Shown here: positions 1 to 5,683 of the stretch, piece by piece
Position numbering within the stretch: the stretch's first letter is position 1
How the letters are laid out: every line of letters starts with the position of its first letter
DNA from: a virus
UHGV virus genome: UHGV-0203667
Length of the DNA: 13,326 nucleotides
Reading direction: 5' to 3' (one strand)
Program-made: the position numbers and the translations under genes
Notes under the pieces: generated by a model
Seen by the model: the letters and a program-made list of their open reading frames with translations, nothing else
The model's database searches: none
Told to the model about the DNA's origin: nothing

Positions 1-531
1 ATGTTATTTCAGAAAGATAAAGAATCAGAAAACAAAAAGCTTTTTAAAGCAATAGTAAAAATGTTCTTTAAGGAGGCCGCACAGTTCGGGGCTACTATCC
101 TGCTTATTGGCCCTTGGGCAATGGCTATCTTCTTTTACCCTGCTACCTTATTTATTGGCAGTAGCAAGTTCGGCAATGGACCGTTTCATGTGGATACTGG
201 TTTTATAGATTTTCTCCTGATCCGCCCTATAAATGCTGTTCTCAATGCTTTCTACTTCCCCACTAGTCTGGAAGGGTGGGCGGTCACCTGGGGCGTTTTA
301 GGCTTAGCATTTGCAATATGGGTGATCGGCTTTTGGTGGAATGCGATCTGTGTTCTCCTTGATATCGATGGCGGAAAAAGCCGTAGAAGCGGTGGTAGCA
401 GTGGAGCAGGTATTTATGCACATGTAGGTACCAGGGGAGCTAGTGTTACCGCAGGTACCCGATTCGCTGGCGGCTGGCTGAGCATAGGCAAACGCGGCGT
501 TAGTTGGAGAAAAAGCAAAAAACTGTTCTGA
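1..531 (+). CDS. Multi-pass membrane protein with Gly/Ser/Arg-rich basic C-terminal tail; function unknown. The ORF touches the window edge, so the true start may lie upstream or at an internal Met
   Basis: The frame is open from base 1 to TGA 529-531. There are three long hydrophobic segments (ILLIGPWAMAIFFYPATLFIG, FIDFLLIRPINAVLNAFYF, WGVLGLAFAIWVIGFWWNAICVLL). A strong intrinsic terminator follows about 8 nt downstream. Confidence 0.6.
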   Translation: MLFQKDKESENKKLFKAIVKMFFKEAAQFGATILLIGPWAMAIFFYPATLFIGSSKFGNGPFHVDTGFIDFLLIRPINAVLNAFYFPTSLEGWAVTWGVLGLAFAIWVIGFWWNAICVLLDIDGGKSRRSGGSSGAGIYAHVGTRGASVTAGTRFAGGWLSIGKRGVSWRKSKKLF

Positions 532-538
532 CCTACCA

Positions 539-562
539 GGGGGCCATCACGGCCCCTTTTTA
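539..562 (+). terminator. Rho-independent terminator of the 1-531 gene
   Basis: GGGGCC (540-545), loop atcac, GGCCCC (551-556), followed by TTTTTATTT. Confidence 0.85.
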
Positions 563-580
563 TTTATCCCTCAATTAACC

Positions 581-610
581 CCTATTTATCCCCTATTTAA
601 TGCCTATTTA
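581..610. repeat. Three direct CCTATTTA repeats at exact 11-bp phasing (581, 592, 603), with a degenerate copy at about 561
   Basis: Read directly: cCCTATTTAtc cCCTATTTAat gCCTATTTAtt. One repeat per helical turn suggests a phased protein-binding or bent-DNA site. Confidence 0.6.
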
Positions 611-691
611 TTGATTTAATCCGTTTTATGTCACAACCGCCCGGTTGACAGAGTAATAGAGAGGGTGTAACCCTTTTTCGTAATACTAATA

Positions 692-707
692 AAATCAATA
701 AGTTAGC
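692..707. repeat. 16-bp exact repeat AAATCAATAAGTTAGC (partner at 8423-8438)
   Basis: The identical 16-mer occurs at both sites on the same strand. Each lies shortly downstream of the end of a plus-strand gene (531 and 8411). Confidence 0.6.
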
Positions 708-761
708 TTAATAAGCCTTTTCTCTATTTTTGTCAAATTTAACATACCCTAAAAAACTGCA

Positions 762-795
762 AAATCTGGCTGCAAGATTATCTGCAGCTGGATTT
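762..795. other. Imperfect 11-bp hairpin or inverted repeat
   Basis: AAATC tg GCTGCA agattatc TGCAGC tg GATTT. Confidence 0.4.
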
Positions 796-981
796 CTTAC
801 ACCTCATTTTGTGGTATCACCCTGGCTAGTTTGTGCATAAATTGAACAGTTTTTAACATTTCCTCCTCACCTGGTAACCACACAAAAAGCTAAAAACGAG
901 GCACAGATAATCTTAGAGGCCTGTTTTCTTGTTATCACTCTGGAAACGCCGTAGAAGTGATTTTGATGAAAGATGACCTAC

Positions 982-1000
982 CCTATTACACCCCTATTTT
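982..1000. repeat. Second pair of CCTATT(A/T) repeats at 11-bp phasing (982, 993)
   Basis: cCCTATTAca ccCCTATTTT; the same core and phase as the 581-610 cluster. Confidence 0.45.
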
Positions 1001-2011
1001 TTGTTATCACAATTGCATCCTGTGCGGTGTATGGCTATGTACTGAAAGCGGTTTTGGGTGTGGGTGTCAGAAATATCCATTAGCGGTATTAATACCTGTC
1101 AGATGTTCGTCTGAGGTGCCAGGCAGGCGCTCCCCTACCTCCCTTTTTTCTTCTAACAATTCTCAAATATCCGACCACTACTGACCACGTTGCTATTATG
1201 TTAATTCTTAAGCTTTGCTGTATGTTGTGCACATTATTTATTCAGGTGGCTGTACGTAAATTCTGTGCCCACTGATCATGATTTTTAAATCAGATTTTGT
1301 AGTGCGCTTTATTAGTGTAGATAAGATCTATTATGTTAAATGCAATTTTCCCAACCCTTCAAATCAATGACTTACGTGTAAGCATGCACTAACACCCCAC
1401 ACAGCACATTAGCCGTATAGATGGCTATACCCCACATATTTGATTGTTTTGTAGTCATTCCCCTGATCATTTAACCAGTATAGCTTGTTATCTGCAGACC
1501 ACAAAATAGGAATTTACATCTGATTAACATAATCTGTTAGCATGATCACTATTACCCACACAACAATAACCCCATGTAAGCCTCTTCAGGCAATTTATCG
1601 GCGTGTTGGTGTGAACAGTCTTTCATGTTCTTTATGAATGCATTGTCCTGTGTGAGGGAAGGATGGACTGCCTCAGGGGCCATACTTATGATGCCCGGTC
1701 AACATAGCTATTGATAAAATCAACGGGTGTTGATCTACATATTTCCCACACATGAGAGGAAATCAGAGCAAAGAGAGAGGAGAGAGGTTTGTTAGTCACA
1801 TATGGTGATTTGAGCTCATCTCAAACCTTCTACGAAGGCCTTTGCTAGTCAAAATAGGTCAATTGACGGCTAATACAGAGTAAAAAATCAGATGCAATCA
1901 CTCCCCACCTGTTGGGATTAACGGCCCCGAGTCAAGGCCTATGCAACGAGGGTATTTCCTACAACCCCTTTCAGTCATACTCAGGCACCACACCCCGGTA
2001 AATATTACCCT

Positions 2012-2320
2012 ACTACCCCGGAAGATTTCTCCGCACTACCTGTAAAATATTTTTACTACTAACACCCTCGAGACGAGGGCTATTTGCACGAGTTTAACGC
2101 TCTCGGGAAGAGCTATAGGCGATTCTACCTGTGAAGAATTTTCACACCTGTGTGTTTATACAGTCATACTTTCCTGTTTTGCAGTCATTGCACCCATGAT
2201 ACACAGCCTCTAACTACTGAAGATTTCTCACTACTTAACCACCATACCTACCCACACCCCTGAGAATTTCTCACCACTACTACCGAAGATTTCTCACTAG
2301 TACCCCTGAGAATTTCTCAC
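2012..2320. repeat. Iteron field: six direct repeats with core GA(A/G)(G/A)ATTTCTCAC, mostly flanked by ACTAC; candidate replication-origin or regulator-binding array
   Basis: Cores sit at 2021 (GAAGATTTCTCcg), 2219, 2262, 2285 and 2308, plus a degenerate palindromic variant GTGAAGAATTTTCAC at 2131-2145. The last three cores are exactly 23 bp apart. A short AT-rich stretch (taaaatatttttac, about 2043-2056) lies inside the field. A wHTH initiator-like gene lies about 1.1 kb downstream. Confidence 0.65.
2146..2165. promoter_or_regulatory. Candidate second LexA box (weaker)
   Basis: ACCTGTGTGTTTATACAGTC has the full CTGT-N8-ACAG core. It matches 14/20 positions of TACTGTATATATATACAGTA and lies inside the iteron field. 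Confidence 0.3.
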
Positions 2321-2342
2321 TCTAATAGATAAAGGAATAGAT

Positions 2343-2387
2343 CAATAAAAAGACCTCCCCCCTAACCCCCAGGGGGAATGGGGAGGG
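2343..2387 (-). terminator. Strong rho-independent terminator readable only on the minus strand, with no minus-strand CDS upstream of it
   Basis: The minus-strand RNA reads CCUCCCC auu CCCC cug GGGG uua GGGGAGG followed by UCUUUUUAUU. On the plus strand the hairpin has no U tract after it. Confidence 0.75.
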
Positions 2388-2389
2388 AT

Positions 2390-2830
2390 CAGAGAGTGGG
2401 GAAGGTTTTCTAAGGGAAAAGCTTAACCCACAAATGAAAGCCTAAAGAGCATGAGCGACTCTTTAGGCAATCTGTGTGGGGTGACAATGTATTCCATACA
2501 TGACACGTCACCCAATTGTGTGTGGGGAGCGTAGTGCTATAGCACGTAGCTTTATAGTGTGGAGTCCGGATAAGAGACTTCTGTTTCCAATCCGGACCGT
2601 TTAAGCGAGTGGTTTCTCGCGCGGGTGCACGCACACATATATAAAGGATACACTCATAAATCGAAAATAAGGCCCCTAAATGGCCTTCTGGCTGCATTAA
2701 CCTGTGTGAGTAGTGCAATTGCATTACCTGACCTCTAAATCGCGTTAGAATCGATTTTAGAGCGCTTAAGGCAAAAGTGCTCTCCCTCCCTTGTGGACTT
2801 GCTTGTACCTATAGCACACCTAAATGATAA
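2390..2830. ncRNA. Candidate structured non-coding RNA or structured DNA region (strand unresolved)
   Basis: There is no credible ORF. Hairpins and palindromes:
- 10-bp perfect hairpin at 2440-2468.
- 13-bp hairpin at 2479-2513, flanked by direct TGTGTGGGG repeats (2473-2481 and 2519-2527).
- 12-bp palindrome GTGCTATAGCAC at 2534-2545.
- 8-bp perfect hairpin at 2564-2597.
- Hairpin at 2669-2687.
- 10-bp palindrome TGCAATTGCA at 2715-2724.
- Two mutually exclusive hairpins at 2733-2762 and 2759-2783. The latter has a G-T pair that only works on the plus strand. Confidence 0.35.
2658..2687 (-). terminator. Possible second minus-strand intrinsic terminator
   Basis: The minus-strand RNA reads AAGGCC auuuagg GGCCUU followed by AUUUUCGAUUU. 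On the plus strand there is no U tract. Confidence 0.4.
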
Positions 2831-2839
2831 TAATTCTCA

Positions 2840-2868
2840 TTGACAATTGGTTGACAATATGATAAGAT
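2840..2868 (+). promoter_or_regulatory. Sigma70-type promoter P1 (TTGACA-17-TAAGAT)
   Basis: -35 TTGACA at 2840-2845, 17-bp spacer, -10 TAAGAT at 2863-2868. A second TTGACAAT sits 11 bp downstream (2851-2858) and a third at 3031-3038. Confidence 0.65.
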
Positions 2869-2903
2869 TATAAATAGGGGGAGAAACAGATCCGGAGGTC
2901 AAT

Positions 2904-3053
2904 GTGGAAATTACAGATGTAATAGCGATCATCAACCTGGCTGTACTGTGGTGCGGTGTTGCCTACATAGCCGGAGTAACTGCAATCGACAACCTTGAAG
3001 AAAAAATGATAGATAAATACAAAAAGATTGTTGACAATCTCGCAAATAGCTGA
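2904..3053 (+). CDS. Small (49 aa) single-pass membrane protein, not in the supplied ORF track (GTG start)
   Basis: GGAGG (2895-2899) plus 4 nt precedes GTG at 2904. The translation is VEITDVIAIINLAVLWCGVAYIAGVTAIDNLEEKMIDKYKKIVDNLANS, ending at TGA 3051-3053. It has a hydrophobic N-terminal helix and a charged C-terminus. The gene has its own promoter (P1) and a downstream terminator. Confidence 0.55.
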   Translation: MEITDVIAIINLAVLWCGVAYIAGVTAIDNLEEKMIDKYKKIVDNLANS

Positions 3054-3059
3054 TAAAAT
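3031..3059 (+). promoter_or_regulatory. Sigma70-type promoter P2 (TTGACA-17-TAAAAT) embedded in the 3' end of the small ORF
   Basis: -35 at 3031-3036, 17-bp spacer, -10 TAAAAT at 3054-3059. It would start a transcript at about 3066, upstream of the 3109-3141 terminator and the 3183 gene. Confidence 0.5.
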
Positions 3060-3108
3060 ATAAATCATAGGGTAATTCTCATCATAGTGAATTTCCTTAA
3101 ACAAAAAT

Positions 3109-3141
3109 GCGGGGGCTTGTCTTAAGTTCCCGTTTCTTTTT
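3109..3141 (+). terminator. Rho-independent terminator or attenuator immediately upstream of the rep-like operon
   Basis: GCGGGGGCUU gucuu AAGUUCCCGU forms a 10-bp stem that includes three G-U pairs, so it folds only as plus-strand RNA. It is followed by UUCUUUUU. Confidence 0.7.
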
Positions 3142-3182
3142 AACCGTATATCATTCTGATTCGAATTATAGGAGGCCCCGTT

Positions 3183-3398
3183 ATGGCAAGCAACGGACCG
3201 ACTAGCCCCCTGGTTAGCTGGACTACTGATGAGATCGTCGAAAACGTGCTCAGCGGCAAGTTTTATAAAAATTCTGTTTATGCTTTTATCCGTCGTAATA
3301 AAGGAAAATATCCACACATTGAAGCGGCAATTTTAGAACTGAACCGTCTTCGCCTTGAGCGTGAGCTGGCTAAATACACCAACAACATTGATAAATAA
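3183..3398 (+). CDS. Small hypothetical protein (71 aa)
   Basis: AGGAGG sits 7 nt upstream of the ATG. The C-terminal half is basic and helical. The gene is immediately followed by the rep-like gene. Confidence 0.7.
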   Translation: MASNGPTSPLVSWTTDEIVENVLSGKFYKNSVYAFIRRNKGKYPHIEAAILELNRLRLERELAKYTNNIDK

Positions 3399-3411
3399 TT
3401 ATGGGGGAACT

Positions 3412-4308
3412 ATGGCAAGTAATTACGGGGAGGTTTTTAATCCCCATTTCGAACGCCTCATTCAGTACACTTTTGATAAACCAGTAGCAACAACAATTGC
3501 TAATAAAAAGACTGGAAAAACAAAAGAGCGATTTAATTTAGACCTGATAGAGGTAACAATTTATGGAAAAATGGCAGGTTTTCATTTAAACGGGCAAGAA
3601 ATATTTATCTCAGAGCAGACCTTAGCAAAAATATGTGGTGTGAGTGATAGAAAAATCATCGAATCTATCAAAACTCTGGAAAATGCCGGGCTTATTTCTA
3701 AAGAAAGCCGGAAAGGTATGTCTAACATTTACAAACTGTTAATTACTCCTTCTCAAATCTGCAAAATGTGTGATGAACAGAAGATAGAACCAATGAGTAA
3801 TGCAGGTGGTGAAGATAAACAGCCTCAGGAAGCCCCAAAACAAGCCACACAGCAAGCTAAAAAGGCTAAAGTAGTGCAATTGCCTACCCAAGACACTAAA
3901 GCGCCTCAAATTAACGCTGTTAGTGACAAGCCACGCCGGGGCCGTCCTGTGAAAGATGTAACCGATGGGGGCTGGATTGTCCTGGGTGAGAGTGAAGCTA
4001 AAGATAGAATGCGCTCACTGTGGGAAAGCAAATACAAAGGTTTAAATAAACGTTGCCCGATCCGTTTGTCAAAGATTCAGGAGGATTTTTACACCACAGA
4101 GGAGGTAATACGCCATAAAGGCAATAGAGACGGTGAAATCTGGAAACCGGAAGAATACTGGCATTTAACCAGACCTGTTTTTATTTTTGCAAATAAACTT
4201 ATTGGGATGGGATTTGAAATATTGTTAGATCAAACTTACGGAGATTATCCTGAAATATTGTGGAGAAATGTTAGAAAGAATAAAAAAGGCATTTTAGAGT
4301 TTAGATAA
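3412..4308 (+). CDS. Putative replication-initiator/O-like DNA-binding protein: N-terminal winged-HTH, Q/A/K-rich linker with AT-hook (RRGRP), C-terminal domain
   Basis: The start is moved from 3355 to ATG 3412 (GGGGGA SD; removes the overlap with the 3183 gene). The motif ISEQTLAKICGVSDRKIIESIKTLENAGLISKESRKG is typical of wHTH initiator or DnaD-like N-termini. KPRRGRPVKD is encoded around 3931-3948. The iteron field lies upstream. Confidence 0.6.
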   Translation: MASNYGEVFNPHFERLIQYTFDKPVATTIANKKTGKTKERFNLDLIEVTIYGKMAGFHLNGQEIFISEQTLAKICGVSDRKIIESIKTLENAGLISKESRKGMSNIYKLLITPSQICKMCDEQKIEPMSNAGGEDKQPQEAPKQATQQAKKAKVVQLPTQDTKAPQINAVSDKPRRGRPVKDVTDGGWIVLGESEAKDRMRSLWESKYKGLNKRCPIRLSKIQEDFYTTEEVIRHKGNRDGEIWKPEEYWHLTRPVFIFANKLIGMGFEILLDQTYGDYPEILWRNVRKNKKGILEFR

Positions 4309-4349
4309 AAATACTGATAATCTTATTTTTTTGTTTAAGGAAATTTAAA

Positions 4350-4496
4350 ATGTATGGCGATTTTGATTATTACCTGGAAAAGGAAAAATATTTTGAAGAT
4401 GAACTATCACAACATTTTTCATATTGGGAAGAATATTGTGGTTGGTTAGCTGAAGATCCAGCAGATGAAGAAAATGATTCTGACATCCCTTATTAA
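4350..4496 (+). CDS. Small (48 aa) strongly acidic protein, not in the supplied ORF track
   Basis: AAGGAA lies upstream of ATG 4350. The translation is MYGDFDYYLEKEKYFEDELSQHFSYWEEYCGWLAEDPADEENDSDIPY, with a stop at 4494-4496. It fills an otherwise empty gap between genes on the same strand. Confidence 0.5.
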   Translation: MYGDFDYYLEKEKYFEDELSQHFSYWEEYCGWLAEDPADEENDSDIPY

Positions 4497-4587
4497 TATC
4501 CCCAAATAAACCAACAAACTACTAAATAAACTAATTACTAGAACTAGATTGATTGCCCTGATCTTTTAAACGTTCGGAGAATTAATC

Positions 4588-5076
4588 ATGTTCAAATCTG
4601 ATCTTTCTGATTCCCAATTTGAAAAACTGGTAGCACTGCAGAAATATCTCCCCAGTGATGATCAACCAACACGACAGGCCAAGCACTTATTAGTCGAGGG
4701 CTTTACCCCTGAATTCGTTGCGGAATACACAGGCGTTAAACTTGAGAAAGTCCAAAAACTATATGAAGAATCCTGGAATCCACGGTGTCGAGTTCCCCTC
4801 AGTGTCTATAACGAAATAGATAGAGATAGAAATGTCTTCGAAGATCGCCGCCGCAAATCTCTTTTAATGTGGAATTGCGGGATGAATATTGAAGAGATAG
4901 CAAAAGAATTAAAAGTAACCTGCTTTCATGTCTGGGGCTTGTTGAGCGACCTCCTGCCACGTAAGGAGCTTAATCAACGTTTGCCTAAGCCCGGTAGTCG
5001 TGCTTATCGCGAATTTATATTCATCTACCGCCGCCATAGAAATAAAGTCCAGAAAGCAATGGCCCAGAAAGCCTGA
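4588..5076 (+). CDS. Hypothetical DNA-binding protein with two HTH-like segments and a basic tail
   Basis: GGAG lies upstream of the ATG. The HTH-like segments are FTPEFVAEYTGVKLEKVQKLY and MNIEEIAKELKVTCFHVWGLL. The C-terminus is Arg/Lys-rich. Confidence 0.7.
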   Translation: MFKSDLSDSQFEKLVALQKYLPSDDQPTRQAKHLLVEGFTPEFVAEYTGVKLEKVQKLYEESWNPRCRVPLSVYNEIDRDRNVFEDRRRKSLLMWNCGMNIEEIAKELKVTCFHVWGLLSDLLPRKELNQRLPKPGSRAYREFIFIYRRHRNKVQKAMAQKA

Positions 5077-5116
5077 GTTTTATCTCTTCGATTTATTTAT
5101 TTTCGACTCACTTTAA

Positions 5117-5159
5117 CCCCTTCCGGGGCTTGACGTTGTCAAGGCCGCAGCTATGCGGC
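5117..5159 (+). promoter_or_regulatory. Triple tandem hairpin module, copy 1 (partner at 12577-12621)
   Basis: CCCC ttcc GGGG | CTTGAC gtt GTCAAG | GCCGCA gcta TGCGGC, with no spacers. It ends 20 nt before the 5180 start codon. Stems are conserved in the partner copy through compensatory changes. Confidence 0.6.
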
Positions 5160-5179
5160 TCTAATTTAAGGAATTCCAA

Positions 5180-5623
5180 ATGTCTCAAATCGCTAAATTA
5201 TTATCCCAGGTTATCAAAGCTATCGACGCTGAAGATTCAAAAGTTCGCCAGGATCTTTTAGATGGCAAGTTTACCAACACCCTGGCATTTACCCGTGACA
5301 AAGAGCACTTCTTAAAGCACAGACATCACGCTTTCGCTGAATGCAAGTCCGCTAATGGTGATGTTTTCTATGTCGATTTGGTGGTTATGGCATGTAGATT
5401 GTGGATGATTCAGGACCTTATGCGCCAACACGGTGATGATCCTTTTATCAGCATGTGGAACAGCGCCCAGGATGGCTTTGTGATTGCTGCCTTATCCAAA
5501 TCCATGATTGAGGCAGAAGGCGCAAGCCTTCAGAACATGGCAGATCTCTTTGAAATAAGCGTAGGAATGATGCAGACCATGCTGCAGGCGGTGAAGCCTC
5601 TCAAACTGGTTAATCTTGCTTAA
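5180..5623 (+). CDS. Hypothetical protein (147 aa)
   Basis: AAGGAA lies upstream of the ATG. The composition is coding-like and there is no competing ORF. Confidence 0.75.
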   Translation: MSQIAKLLSQVIKAIDAEDSKVRQDLLDGKFTNTLAFTRDKEHFLKHRHHAFAECKSANGDVFYVDLVVMACRLWMIQDLMRQHGDDPFISMWNSAQDGFVIAALSKSMIEAEGASLQNMADLFEISVGMMQTMLQAVKPLKLVNLA

Positions 5624-5639
5624 GCTATTGATAAATAAG

Positions 5640-5662
5640 CACTCCCCATTTTTTGGGGGGTG
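5640..5662 (+). other. Stem-loop downstream of the 5180-5623 gene (no U tract); possible RNA stabiliser or weak terminator
   Basis: CACUCCCCA uuuuu UGGGGGGUG forms 9 bp including one U-G pair, so it folds only as plus-strand RNA. Confidence 0.45.
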
Positions 5663-5683
5663 CATCAATGAGAGGGTATGCCT

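Noticed and set aside
957-1184. Track ORF, 75 aa, plus strand
   Set aside because: There is no SD. The composition is Cys/Pro/Ser-rich and non-protein-like. It sits in a repeat- and palindrome-rich region, and an isolated ORF of this length can arise by chance.
2012-2320. CRISPR array interpretation of the GAAGATTTCTCAC repeats
   Set aside because: The repeats are only about 13-18 bp with irregular spacing in the left part. The spacers are too short (about 10 bp) in the regular part. There is no cas gene or leader. Iterons or binding sites fit better.
2470-2530. Protelomerase target (telRL/tos-like) palindrome, prompted by CACACAATTG-like sequence resembling the N15 telomere site
   Set aside because: The local structure is a 13-bp interrupted hairpin flanked by direct (not inverted) TGTGTGGGG repeats. 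It is not a long perfect dyad, and no protelomerase gene is in the window.
2410-2724. Track ORF, 104 aa, minus strand
   Set aside because: The sequence is His/Cys/Trp-rich and implausible as a protein, with no SD. It is made almost entirely of hairpin arms and would have to read through the 2658-2687 terminator hairpin. I interpret the region as non-coding.
2868-3317. Track ORF, 149 aa, minus strand
   Set aside because: It is antisense to two better-supported plus-strand genes (2904-3053 and 3183-3398) and to a promoter and terminator. It has no SD and a low-complexity, hydrophobic, odd composition.
3355-3411. Upstream start (3355) for the rep-like gene
   Set aside because: It would overlap the 3183-3398 gene by 44 nt and lacks an SD. 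ATG 3412 has a GGGGGA SD and begins right after the upstream stop.
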